Assembly: GCA_963829055.1 (NCBI GenBank)
Contig: CAWHHI010000006.1
Location: forward strand, 64,001-128,000
From: an uncultured Gemmatimonadaceae bacterium
GTDB lineage: Bacteria; Gemmatimonadota; Gemmatimonadetes; Gemmatimonadales; Gemmatimonadaceae
Reading direction: 5' to 3'
Length of the DNA stretch: 64,000 nt
The position numbers were made by a program, and so were the translations under genes. Below are positions 26,579 through 37,200 of the stretch, piece by piece. Numbering within the stretch: the stretch's first letter is position 1; each line of letters opens with the position of its first letter. The notes under the pieces were generated by a model. The model was not told the DNA's origin. It did not search any database and worked only from the letters and a program-made list of their open reading frames with translations.

Positions 26579-27065
26579 TTTGCTGACGTACGACGTCGTC
26601 CCGACGCCGATCGGCCGCCTCATCGTCGCCAGCGACGGCTCGGCCATCGCGGGGGTGTGGATGGCGAACGCGAATCCTCGTGACGCAGCCTGGGCGAGTC
26701 ATCGCGGGACCGACGCGTTGCTCGCCCAGGCGCGCGAGGAACTGCTCGCGTACTTCGACGGGCGACTCCGCGACTTCACCGTTCCGCTCGCGCCTAACGG
26801 GACGGAGTTTCAGCGTCGCGTGTGGGATGCGCTGCGCGAGATTCCGTTCGGGACGACGATCAGCTACGCGGCGCTCGCGGGTCGCCTGAACAACACGGCG
26901 GCGCTGAGAGCCGTCGGCGCGGCGAACGGTCGTAACCCGATCCCGATCATCATCCCGTGTCACCGCGTCATCGGCAGTGACGGATCGCTGACCGGGTTCG
27001 GCGGAGGGATCGAGCGGAAGCGGTGGCTGCTGCAGCACGAGGGCGCGCTTCTTACCATCTTATGA
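26562..27065 (+). CDS. ogt: Methylated-DNA-protein cysteine methyltransferase
   Basis: GTEFQRRVW, RAVGAANGRNP, IPCHRVIG. Confidence 0.93.
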   Translation: MEAGTDLLTYDVVPTPIGRLIVASDGSAIAGVWMANANPRDAAWASHRGTDALLAQAREELLAYFDGRLRDFTVPLAPNGTEFQRRVWDALREIPFGTTISYAALAGRLNNTAALRAVGAANGRNPIPIIIPCHRVIGSDGSLTGFGGGIERKRWLLQHEGALLTIL

Positions 27066-27125
27066 CTATGTAGGGTGGCCGGCGCGCGATACTGAGTCCA
27101 TGACTCAGCGTGATCAGCGCGCCTC

Positions 27126-28073
27126 ATGACGGCGACCGCCGCACCTGCGGCGTCCGCGTACCGCGCGATAGACGGCGTTCACTGGTGCCTTCGCATCGGT
27201 GCGGCGGCGTGCTTCATCGGGCACGGGGCGTTCGGCGTCATCACGAAGTCGGCGTGGCTGCCGTATTTCGCCGTGACAGGCATTTCGCCGGACGTCGCAT
27301 ACGCGCTCATGCCGGTGATCGGAACGATCGACATCGTCCTGGGGCTCACGGTCCTGCTGTCGCCTCGGCCGATCGTGCTGCTCTACATGAGCGTGTGGGC
27401 GCTGTGGACCGCGCTGCTCCGGCCGCTCGCTGGTGAAACCGTGTTCGAGGCGATGGAGCGGGCGGGGAACTACGGCGTGCCGCTCGCGATGCTCCTCCTC
27501 GTCGGGTTACCCAGGAACTGGCGGCGCTGGCGCGGGTGGTTTCGAGTGTCTGAAGGAGCGCCGGTAAATGCCGCGACGCTCGTCCGCGTGCTGCAGTGGA
27601 CGACGGCCATGCTGCTGTTCGCGCATGGCGCGCTCGCCGCGATCACACAGAAACCGCTGTTCGCGGTGCACTACGCCGCGTTAGGTCTGCCTGCCGCGAT
27701 CGCGCCGGCGATCGGATACGTCGAGATGGCGGTCGGGCTCTCGGTCCTCGTATTTCCGATCCCGGCTCTGCTCATCGCGATCGCGGTGTGGAAGGCCGCG
27801 ACCGAGGCGTTGTTTCCGATCGCCGGAGCGCCAATGTGGGAGTTCGTCGAGCGAGCTGGCAGCTACGCCGCACCGCTGGCCCTCGCGCTGCTGGTGGCCA
27901 GCCGCAGCCCTGTGCGCACCCAAGGAGAGGTTTGTGGTAGATCGTTAGGCATTACGTCATTCCGAGCGGAGCGCCGAAGGCGCGCAGTCGAGGAATCGCG
28001 ACTCGTCCCGATAGAGGGCCCCTCTAGCCGTATGATCGCGATTCCTCGACTCGCTGACGCTCGCTCGGAATGA
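27126..28073 (+). CDS. Membrane protein with an internal duplication; C-terminus reads into a REP element
   Basis: Two repeats of HG..IT.K / E..ERAG.Y..PLA; hydrophobic segments. Confidence 0.7.
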   Translation: MTATAAPAASAYRAIDGVHWCLRIGAAACFIGHGAFGVITKSAWLPYFAVTGISPDVAYALMPVIGTIDIVLGLTVLLSPRPIVLLYMSVWALWTALLRPLAGETVFEAMERAGNYGVPLAMLLLVGLPRNWRRWRGWFRVSEGAPVNAATLVRVLQWTTAMLLFAHGALAAITQKPLFAVHYAALGLPAAIAPAIGYVEMAVGLSVLVFPIPALLIAIAVWKAATEALFPIAGAPMWEFVERAGSYAAPLALALLVASRSPVRTQGEVCGRSLGITSFRAERRRRAVEESRLVPIEGPSSRMIAIPRLADARSE

Positions 28074-28093
28074 CACGGCCGCTCGGAATGACA
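27956..28093. repeat. REP-like palindrome
   Basis: Same GTCATTCCGAGCG/CGCTCGGAATGAC ends and TAGAGGGCCCTCTA core. Confidence 0.9.
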
Positions 28094-28115
28094 ACACCAA
28101 CCAAGGAGACCCACG

Positions 28116-29126
28116 ATGCTACTCACACATGCCTTGTTGACGTTCCTCGCGGCGGCGAGCCCGCCCGATAGCCTGTTGTCGGCCGACTCGCTGCTCGTCG
28201 AGTTGCGGAAGGGCGGCTACACGATCGTGTGGCGTCATACGGCGACCGACAGAAGTGTCCAGGAGCCAATGGACTATCAGAACACTCCGCGCTTTCAGCA
28301 GCGGAACTTGACCGACCGCGGCATCGCCGACGCGAAGGCGGTCGGAGCGATCTTCAAGAGCCGTGGCATCCCGGTCGGCGAGGTGCTGTCGAGCCCAATG
28401 TTCCGGACGCGCGAGACCGCTGAATACGCGTTCGGGCACGTGGAGTCCACGCCGCTGCTGCGTCAGGTCGATCGGTCACCGGAACAGCTGCGGTTGATCG
28501 CCACCGAGCCAGCCGCCGGAACGAATCGCGTGCTCGTGACGCATCACTTCGTGATCGAGCAAAACGTGCCGGGCATCAAGCCGGGGATGATCGGCGAAGG
28601 CGAAGCGGTGGTGGTGAAAGCAACCGGCCGCGACGGGCTGCGCCTCGTCGGCATCTTCAAGATGGCCGACTGGCAACGGCTGAGCGAGCAGCTCGACAAG
28701 TCCGCATCGACGAGCACCAACGGCGGAACCGCAGCCAGGACGTTCGTTCACGGAGGGGCCGCTCCGGCTGGCCCTACGGCGTCGCCGGCCGCCACCGCAG
28801 CGTTGCTCCAGGCCCCGCAGAATGTCGCGATCACCAACTATCTCGAGGCCTTCAACAGCGGCGACGCAGCGCGCATGCGCGAGTTCTACGAGCGATCCGT
28901 CGTGCCGAATCCGACGCGCACGATGGACGAGCGGATGGAAGTCTACAATCGACTGAAGGGCGACCTCGGAACAGTGACTGTGATTTCGGCCGAGGCTGTC
29001 GAGACGAATCGTGTTGCGGTGAAGGTTCAAGCGAGCAAGGGAACCACCGCCGTCATCACGTTCGCCCCTGAAACGCAGCAGCCATACCGCCTCGTGACGA
29101 TCAGCTTTGCGATCGTCGGCGGATGA
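28116..29126 (+). CDS. Histidine phosphatase family protein with extra C-terminal domain
   Basis: WRHTAT, QRNLT..G, SSPMFRTRETA, VLVTH. Confidence 0.75.
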   Translation: MLLTHALLTFLAAASPPDSLLSADSLLVELRKGGYTIVWRHTATDRSVQEPMDYQNTPRFQQRNLTDRGIADAKAVGAIFKSRGIPVGEVLSSPMFRTRETAEYAFGHVESTPLLRQVDRSPEQLRLIATEPAAGTNRVLVTHHFVIEQNVPGIKPGMIGEGEAVVVKATGRDGLRLVGIFKMADWQRLSEQLDKSASTSTNGGTAARTFVHGGAAPAGPTASPAATAALLQAPQNVAITNYLEAFNSGDAARMREFYERSVVPNPTRTMDERMEVYNRLKGDLGTVTVISAEAVETNRVAVKVQASKGTTAVITFAPETQQPYRLVTISFAIVGG

Positions 29127-29274
29127 GCCTAACAACGTTAGGTGTCGCGAGAGGCTAACGTGGCATGCACCGCGTGGCTCCGTCAACAACGACGCGAGTA
29201 GTCCGTCGACCGTCTGACACTTCCACCGATTCGCCGCCGTAAGTGATTTGAATCACCGGCGTCGAGGTCGGATC

Positions 29275-30273
29275 ATGGAAAGCCCGTCGAACACTCAGGC
29301 GACCCGCTCAGCGAGCAGGTCGCCCGAAAGTGTCCCACTCCCCTCCGACAGCATCATGATGTGGGGTGCCAAGGGATCAGGGAAATCGGTGTACATCGCT
29401 TCCCTGGTCTACTGGAGTCCTCCCGCTGATGCCGCGCGTCGCGTGTGCGTGCTCCCCGCGAATTCAACGGCGGCCGAGTGGGTGGCGGATCGCGTCAGAA
29501 GCCTGACGGCCGCGGGAATCGGGAATCGGGAATGGGGAATCGGAGCCTCCGCGGGCAGTTCGATTCCCGATTCCCCATTCCCGATTCCCGAGGTGTACAA
29601 GACGCTCACCGAACGCCGCCTCGACTTCCGTCTCTACACCCTGCCCACGACGGCCGGGCCCATAACGCGGCTACTCAACACCGAGTCGCGCTACGAGGCG
29701 AGCCTCAACTTCTGGGACGTGCCTGGCGAAGTGTACGACGGCGACATCCCGCCCAACATCCTGCGCGAGATGACCCGCGCGCGCGGGCTCATCCTGCTCA
29801 TCAACCCGAGCTTCGTGCCTAACGAAGGCCGAGAGCGCTACTACATGCGCTTCTTCGACCGCACGCTCGGCCGACTCAAGTTCGCGCTCGCCGAGGCTGC
29901 GCGTCGAGGGGAGCGGGTGCCGTTCGATCCGCGCACGAACCAGCTCACGATACCGGTTGCGGTCTGCCTGAGCCAGATCGATCGGTCGCCGCAGTTCATG
30001 GACGCCGAGCCGAAGGCGCTGTTCGAAGAGACCGTCGGCGACACCGCGCCCATCCTGTACTCGTGGCTCACGACGTTCGACATCTTCAAGCTGTCGGCGT
30101 TAGGCCGGCCGCTGCGCCGAGTCGGCGATCGCGAGGTGCTCGACGGCGAGCCGCGGCCGAAGTTCGTTCACTTGCCGATCTCGTGGATCGTGAGTCGGAC
30201 GGGCGGCGCGGAAGGCGGACGGCGGATGGCGGATGGCGGAGGAACAGCGCGGGTATCTGGGGGGCGGGCATGA
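29275..30273 (+). CDS. TRAFAC-like GTPase (double-GTPase system, copy 1)
   Basis: G1 GAKGSGKS, G3 DVPGE, G4-like SQID, SALG. Confidence 0.75.
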   Translation: MESPSNTQATRSASRSPESVPLPSDSIMMWGAKGSGKSVYIASLVYWSPPADAARRVCVLPANSTAAEWVADRVRSLTAAGIGNREWGIGASAGSSIPDSPFPIPEVYKTLTERRLDFRLYTLPTTAGPITRLLNTESRYEASLNFWDVPGEVYDGDIPPNILREMTRARGLILLINPSFVPNEGRERYYMRFFDRTLGRLKFALAEAARRGERVPFDPRTNQLTIPVAVCLSQIDRSPQFMDAEPKALFEETVGDTAPILYSWLTTFDIFKLSALGRPLRRVGDREVLDGEPRPKFVHLPISWIVSRTGGAEGGRRMADGGGTARVSGGRA

Positions 30274-32762
30274 CCACCGCAACTGCACCTCGCCGCGCGA
30301 TCTGGGGGCTCGTCAACGACGGGTACGCGCTCGTCGCCAAGACCGCGAACCTCACGCCCGACGAAGCATTCGAGCTGTGTCGCGTGCCCGACATCGGCGA
30401 CCCGAGCGCCTACCTCGACTTCGGCGTCGCGTATCTGCACGCTCCGAAGTGGGGGCACGTGTTCGCGCGATACTTCACGAACGCCGAACGTGACTCCGCA
30501 GGGCGTGCGTCGCTCGTGTACGACGTCGTCGCGCTCAGCGACCACGACTTCGCCGCGCTCGGCAACGATCCTTTCGCCGCGCTGCCTCCGCTCGCGAGCG
30601 ATCGCCGGCCGGAGCGATTCGGCGAGCTGCCCCTCCCGACATTTACTCGGCGCGACAATGGCTCCGAGGCCGCGCGACTCACCGAGCTGCTGGCGCGTGA
30701 GGATCACGCGGCGATTACCCTGCTGCTCGGAGCCCTCCTCGCTGGCGATCGCGTGCTCTGCCTTGCGAACGGAATACGCAGTGAGACTGTCGAATGTCTC
30801 ACGCTACTGCTCCCTCCGTCTCTGCGAACGCTGGTCACGTTTCAGATGCCGACGGTCGACTTTCCGAAGCACGCGCCACGGCTCACCGTGGCCGAGCGCG
30901 CGCATGCGCTACTCGTGGAGCGCGACTGGACGGCGGTGCTGCCCCAGGACGCGAGCGATCCGCGACTCGCGGAAGCGACGGCGACAGCCACCAGGCTCCT
31001 GGCGTTAGGCGCGAATCCACTTCGTCTGCAGCGGGCCTGGAGTCCGATCGAGAATGCTTCGTCCGGTGCGTCGAGTCGCGGGACGCAAGTCGTCCAGCCC
31101 GACCTGGGCGTCGCGGTCGCTGCCATGCTTCGCATGGACCAACTGCACGAGGCACTGCGCGCGGGAGACCTGAGACGCGCGGTGCTCGTCGCCGCACGAG
31201 CCGAGACGCTGGACGAGCGCGTCAGTTTGTCGGACGCGATGTTCGCGCAGTCCACGCCGGAACGCATCGCGACCGCGCTCGGAGACGTCGTGCGCGGCGA
31301 GCAACGTGGCGCCTGGGCGGCAGTGCAGGCGGTGGTCGGCAGCGTCGTCGCGAAACGCGAACGGCAACCCGAGCACTTCGCGTCGTTCTTCACCGTGCTG
31401 ATCGACTGTCTGTGCAGTGTCCCACCGAAGCCAGATGATGCGACTGCCCGACTCGTCCTCGTTACACTCGCGTGCGCGGCGGCGTCGCTCGATGATCTCG
31501 AGCGCTTTCTCGACGTCGCCGACCCTACCCTCCCTTGGGAAAGCGCCTGGCGCGACGGCAGCGCACGCTGGGTAAAGGGACGCTCGGCTGTCGCACGCGT
31601 CTTCGATGCGCTGGCGGCGAAGGGCGCGACGTACGGCGATGCGATCGACGGCGTGCACGCGATCGGAACGGTTACCGCGAAGGCAACCGTTGGTCGAAGC
31701 CGAGATCGTGCCGCGGCGCTCGGCCTCGCACTCGTCAGGCGGACGCTGCGCGAGCGCGCGACACTCGAGCCCCCCGATCGACTCGGCGCACTCGTTGGTG
31801 GGCTCATGCACATATGGTCGCCCGACGTCATCGGTGTCGCGCCGAGCGTCGCGTCCCCGGCCGATGAGACCGACCGCACGCTGCGCCGCTTCCTGGGAGT
31901 CGGCGAACCGCTGTCCTCGAGCCATGACCCGCGGCGGCTCGCAGCTGAACTGTCGCGCACGGTCGGTGAGTCAGGCGACGGCGGGGACACGGAATTACTG
32001 GGATGGGTCGTCGCCGCGCTCGAGCGTGCGCATGCCGGAGCGGTAGGAGACATGACGGTCCGGGTCGTCGCGGCGCTGCTCGAGGAGCAACGACGCCTCA
32101 CGTCGCGCTCGGAGCTCGCCGCGCACGTTGGCCGCGTGTTGCGGCACTTCGCGGCCACGGACGCAGCGTTCGTGTTCCGTCCGGCGTGGCTCGACGTCGC
32201 GCGGCAGGTGGACGACGCGTCGAGGCGAGAACTCCTCGCGCGCGCACTGGCTTGGGTGGCCCGCGGGTACGCGAACGGAAAGTTCACGGTTGGTGCGTTC
32301 GCGGACGCGTGCGTCGCGGCTGGCGGTGAAGGCGCCACGATCGACGACGCGACGGTGGACGTGCTCGTGCCCCATCTCGCCGCGGCCGCAACAGCGCGCG
32401 GGAGCTCCACGGAGCTGGGCTTACTCGCCGCGACGCTGGCGTCGGTCGCGACGCCGTCGGCGGCCGAGCGGCTGACGGCTGTGCTGCTCGAGGCGGTGGA
32501 CGAGGCGACCGGTGACACGGTGCGCATGCGTCGTCTCGCGCTGGCGCTGCAGGAGATCGAGCGCGTTCGCGACGAAGACCGGTATGGCGAGGCACGGGCG
32601 ACACTGCGTCGCGTGCTGGCGCGAGGCGGCGTCGCGATGGATGAGGAGCGCGCCCTTCGCGTCTTCCTCGGCGTCGATGACGGAACGGTGATGGGCCGAC
32701 TGCTTGGCCGGTTGCCGAGCCTAACGCCGCGCGCGAGTGCGGCGATGGGTGATCGTCGATGA
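30270..32762 (+). CDS. Large GTPase-associated (GAP1-like) protein
   Basis: N-terminal ERDSAGRASLVYDVVAL and LLLPPSLR..VTF resemble GAP1 N/M domains; lies between the two GTPases with ATGA overlaps. Confidence 0.55.
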   Translation: MTTATAPRRAIWGLVNDGYALVAKTANLTPDEAFELCRVPDIGDPSAYLDFGVAYLHAPKWGHVFARYFTNAERDSAGRASLVYDVVALSDHDFAALGNDPFAALPPLASDRRPERFGELPLPTFTRRDNGSEAARLTELLAREDHAAITLLLGALLAGDRVLCLANGIRSETVECLTLLLPPSLRTLVTFQMPTVDFPKHAPRLTVAERAHALLVERDWTAVLPQDASDPRLAEATATATRLLALGANPLRLQRAWSPIENASSGASSRGTQVVQPDLGVAVAAMLRMDQLHEALRAGDLRRAVLVAARAETLDERVSLSDAMFAQSTPERIATALGDVVRGEQRGAWAAVQAVVGSVVAKRERQPEHFASFFTVLIDCLCSVPPKPDDATARLVLVTLACAAASLDDLERFLDVADPTLPWESAWRDGSARWVKGRSAVARVFDALAAKGATYGDAIDGVHAIGTVTAKATVGRSRDRAAALGLALVRRTLRERATLEPPDRLGALVGGLMHIWSPDVIGVAPSVASPADETDRTLRRFLGVGEPLSSSHDPRRLAAELSRTVGESGDGGDTELLGWVVAALERAHAGAVGDMTVRVVAALLEEQRRLTSRSELAAHVGRVLRHFAATDAAFVFRPAWLDVARQVDDASRRELLARALAWVARGYANGKFTVGAFADACVAAGGEGATIDDATVDVLVPHLAAAATARGSSTELGLLAATLASVATPSAAERLTAVLLEAVDEATGDTVRMRRLALALQEIERVRDEDRYGEARATLRRVLARGGVAMDEERALRVFLGVDDGTVMGRLLGRLPSLTPRASAAMGDRR

Positions 32763-34234
32763 CGGCTGCGACCACTCCCACGACTCCAACGTCGCCGGTG
32801 ATGCCGCCGCGCGTCACGCCGGTGCCGGTGCTCGGGCCGGGAGACACGCACGACGGCTTCTTCCTCTGGGGCGCACCGAAGGCGGGCAAGAGCGGCTTCA
32901 TCGGTGCGCTGTACGGTCTCTCGCGCGGTGACGACGTCGACCGCTGGACGGCACACCCGAAGGACTGCGACGATCCGCACACACAGGAGATGGTGCTGCG
33001 GGCGCACGAGGAGCTGAGCGAGCGCCGCAACACGAAGACCGGTGTGCGTGACACGCCGTATCGTCCGCTGCGCCTAACGCTGAGGAAGATGAAGGCCGGC
33101 CGGCAGGTCGGCGAGCTCAAGGTGGCGCTCGTGGACCCCGCCGGTGAGTTCTCCGTCGACCCGGCGCATCGACTCAGCTCGGCCGGAAAGCACCTGTATC
33201 GTCAGGTGGCGACGAGCCATGGCGTGCTCTGGCTGTTCGAGGCGACGCCCGACGGGAGCGCGTCCACACTCGACCGCCTGTTGATCCTCGAGCAGCTCGT
33301 CGCATTGCTCGAGGCGGGCGGCGCGCCGCAGCTGGATCTCCCGGTCGCGATCTGCCTGAGCAAGATCGACTGTCTCACCGAGGAGAAGCGTCGCGCCGCG
33401 CTCGCGAATCCCACACAGGCGCTGCTCGATCACCTCGGTCCGACGTCACTCACGTGGTTCGAGGCCGTGTGCCCGACGCTGCGTTGCTTCGCGGTGTCGT
33501 CCGCGGGTGTCGTTCCGGACAAGGTGCGACCAATCGGGCTCAACGACGTGCTCGATTGGCTCGAGGAGCAGCGCACGCGCCGCATCCGCACCGTGCGCGC
33601 TGCCGCGGTGCGAAGTCGCGCTATGGACCTCGTGAAGCGATGGAGCGGCATGGTCGCGAAGGGCGCGGCGATGGTCGCGCTCATTGGTGGCGTGGCGTAC
33701 GGCGGCTCGCGCATTGTGTCGAAGCTCAGGAAACCGCGAACGGTCGCTGTTACCGGTGTCACGGTAGCTGACACGGCGGCGCGGTCTCAACGCGTTCCGC
33801 CACCGTCGCGCGCGTCGGCGTCGCCTGACGCGCGTATGCCGACCAGGACATCGACGCGACCGCGAGTGTCCAGCGGCGACGTCGCTCGACGAACGGCTCG
33901 TACGCCTCCGCGCGTCGCCGCGTTCGATGTCAGGGCCGAGCGCGACAGCATGCGCGCCGCGTTCGCGGAAGGACTCGCGGTGCAGCGCGACGGCGAGTCC
34001 GGCGCGACATGGTTCCGTCGCGCATACGTGCACGCGACGCGCGTGATCGAGCGCGGCAGCGCGGGGAGTCGCGAGTACACGCCCGAGCGATTGATCCGCG
34101 CGCGATCGTGCCTGCTCGGCCAGCTCGACTGCCCTCGCTCGACCATGAGCGAGGACCTCACGTGGGTCCTGGTTTTCGGCGATGATGCGCAGCGCCGCAC
34201 GGCGGTGCGCCTGCTCGAACGGATCGGCGCATGA
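32759..34234 (+). CDS. TRAFAC-like GTPase (copy 2) with TM helix and C-terminal region
   Basis: GAPKAGKS, DPAGE, SKID, SSAG; hydrophobic segment GAAMVALIGGVAYGG. Confidence 0.75.
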   Translation: MTAATTPTTPTSPVMPPRVTPVPVLGPGDTHDGFFLWGAPKAGKSGFIGALYGLSRGDDVDRWTAHPKDCDDPHTQEMVLRAHEELSERRNTKTGVRDTPYRPLRLTLRKMKAGRQVGELKVALVDPAGEFSVDPAHRLSSAGKHLYRQVATSHGVLWLFEATPDGSASTLDRLLILEQLVALLEAGGAPQLDLPVAICLSKIDCLTEEKRRAALANPTQALLDHLGPTSLTWFEAVCPTLRCFAVSSAGVVPDKVRPIGLNDVLDWLEEQRTRRIRTVRAAAVRSRAMDLVKRWSGMVAKGAAMVALIGGVAYGGSRIVSKLRKPRTVAVTGVTVADTAARSQRVPPPSRASASPDARMPTRTSTRPRVSSGDVARRTARTPPRVAAFDVRAERDSMRAAFAEGLAVQRDGESGATWFRRAYVHATRVIERGSAGSREYTPERLIRARSCLLGQLDCPRSTMSEDLTWVLVFGDDAQRRTAVRLLERIGA

Positions 34235-37200
34235 CATTGACTGCCGCCATCGTACTCTGCATGGCGGTGACCGCCTCGCTCGCGTTCTGGGCCTGGCGGT
34301 TCCCCGCTCGATTGCCGCGCGTCGTGACCCTCCTCGCTGTCGCGGCACCGCTCCTGTTCCTCGGATCGCTCGTGCGCGGTCGAGGTGATGGCCGCTCGGG
34401 GCGATCGCTCCAGGTCATCGGGCAGTACGGGTTCCTGCTCGACACGCTTCGGATCGGCGCCGGCCCTGGTGCCGACGTGCGCATTCCAGCGCCCAGCGGT
34501 GGGCGCGGCGGCACGGGGCTGGTTGCCGTGCACTTCCGGCCTAACGATTCGTCGCTCACCGTTCATGCCGAAGCGGGAGCGCCGCCCGTCGTCGTGGGCG
34601 ACCGGGTGCTGGCGGCCGCACGAGTAGGGCAGGACGCTACGCTCGCCGTGTCGCGAGCGGGAAGCGCGGCGACGTCGATCAGGGTCGCGATGCCCTGGTG
34701 GCCGCTCGGCTGCGCCACACGCATCGCTTCGTTGTGTGGCGAACGCATCGTGAGCACGGGCGATGTGGCGGTTCGCGCTCGCGTTACGGAGAACGGTGTC
34801 TGGAGCGATGCCCTCGATCCTGCACTCGCTCGGCTACCTTCGTTCGTGCTGTTCCGTCGCGAGGGCCAGGTATATGTCGCGGCGGGCGCGCGGACGGCCA
34901 TCACGGTGAACGGCGCGGCGCTGCCTGTCGAAGCGCGCGTCGACGACTGACGCAATCGAGATTGGTATCGGTCGCGAGACATCACGGCTTCGCGTCGTCG
35001 CGGATCGCCGCGCGAACCGCATGAACGTTCTGTTCGGCGGGCGACTCGTCGGAGAGCGATGGCCACTGCATGCTGGTGACGACCGGGCGGTTCACCGCGT
35101 GTCGTACGGTGCGCCGCCATCGCCGGGAACGCTTCCGCTCATCGATCTGAGCGGGACGCCGTTAGGCACGAGCGCCACGGCGTACTCCGGCGCGCTCGAG
35201 TGGGCGCCGGGCAGATGGCGGTGGCACGCAAACGGCCGCATGCGAACGATCGCGTCCGGTGAGACGGTGTTACTGCCCGGCACCGGCACTGCTCGTGAGG
35301 AGCGCGGGCACCTGGTTCGGCTCTCCGAGGGCGCAGGCGCACAGGGTTCGCTCGCGAGCATCGCGCTCGTCTGGATGCTCGGCGCGTTGCTGCTTGCCGC
35401 GTCGGCGGGCGCGGCAACTGGTGCGGTGCCGGCGCTGCGGCTCGGCGTACTTGGCCTGGCGTACACGTTGGCGATGGTTCGCTCGACGATCGCCGTGCGC
35501 GTTGCGACGTCCGAGCCGTTCAACGCTGAAGCCGTCCCGACCACGCTCGTATTCCTGATTGCGTTCCCGGTGCTCGTGTATCTGCTCGAGCAGATGCGCG
35601 TGTGGGATTGGCGGCAGCTCAGGGGTGACGCCGGTAGAGCGTCGCAGTGGAGGGCCGCGACTCAGGTCGGTCTCGTGTCAGGCGCTGGCGTACTCACGTA
35701 CGTGCTCGCCGGCGGGATCGACCGCGCGCTGTTCGTCATGTTCATCGTCATCGCGGGAACGGCCGGGCTCGTGGTGCTGCAATCGCTGCTCGTTCCGAGC
35801 GAAGCGCGTAGCGCAACGACAGGGATCCCGCTCGGCATGTTCGAGATCGGCGCGGAGCGAGGCTTCTCGAGCCGCCACCTCATGCGGGCGGTGAGCACGC
35901 TGCTCGTGCTCGTCGTCCTGTACATCGCGCTCGCGCTTTCGTTACGCGGTGTGCCGCCCTACCTGAGCATGGCGGCGTACACCGTCGTGCTCGCGGTCGT
36001 GTACACCGCGGCGGAACTGAGAGGGCGCGTGTGGGCGCGCATCTCGCCAGCGAGACACGCGCTCATGGTGCGCGTCGTCGCCGCACTCGGCGCCATCGGC
36101 GGATTGGTGAGTGCGTTCACGTTTGTTGGAGCGAGGCCGCTTCCGGTCGTCCTCGGTGCTGTCGCGGGGGCGCTCGCGGCGACGCTCGTCGCGCGCTTCG
36201 TTCTCGCGCCGCTCGTCGGGCCCGTGCGACTGTGGCCGTATCGTCGGCAGGACATTCTCCCGCCACTCTGGTTCGCGTTCGCGCCGGTGGCGTTGCTGCT
36301 CGTCGCACAGTGGAGCGCGGTGCGGCGACTCGGTATCACGCTCGGCTTCGCGTTGGCGATGGCCGGGCTTGCTGCTCGTGGTGCGCGTGTTCGCCGTGCT
36401 CTGGCACAGCGAGACGAAGGAGCGGGTCGACGCTCACCTCCGGGACGCCACGCCCGGCGGCGAGACGCGTCGTCGGACGCCGATGTTCCTCGCGCTCGCG
36501 CTCACGGTCTATGCCGGCTACCTGGGCGCCGACCGCGGGCTGATGTTGCTGCTGGTGACGTCCGTGCTCGCGACGCTCGTGATGGCGACGGCGATGCTCG
36601 GGCCGAAACGACTCGCGGTGTCGGTCCTGGCGCTCGTCGTGACGTTAGGCAGCGTCGGAGCGTGGCTGCGTGTGTCGCCTGTCGAGCTCGCGACGCGGCC
36701 AATGTCGTTGGCCACGCCTCAGGTTCGCTACGCGGCGGTTCGTCACCCCCGCGCGCTCGAGCGACAACTGCTCGTCGCCCGTAGTGGCGCGGCGCGTGAG
36801 ATCGTCAGCACGCTCCAGCAGGATTGGGGGATGCGCGCCTACGCCGCGTCAGGCAGTACGTGGGGCAACGGGCTGTACGGTACGACCGTACACGCGTCGC
36901 GCGATCTCCGAGGACGTGGCGCTCACGGACAACGCGTTCGCGGTGTTCGTGCTCAGCGAGCACGGGTTCGTGGGCGGCGCCGTGCTGCTCACGGCATACC
37001 TGGCACTGGCACTTCTGCTGTTAGGCAGCGCGACGATCGCGGGTCGCGCGGTGAACGAAGTGCCGCGTGGCATTCTGCTCGGCGGGCTCGCCATGTACGT
37101 GGCCGTGCCGGCTCTGTACATGGCGGCGGCGAACGTCTCGCTGCTGCCGCTGACCGGACAAAACCTCCCGCTCCTTGGCCTGCGGTCCGGTGCTGACGTG

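Noticed and set aside
30842..33007. 721-aa minus-strand ORF and similar long antisense ORFs (e.g. 49616-51169, 25232-26647)
   Set aside because: They are shadow ORFs of GC-rich sense genes, low-complexity Ser/Arg/Ala rich and without motifs.
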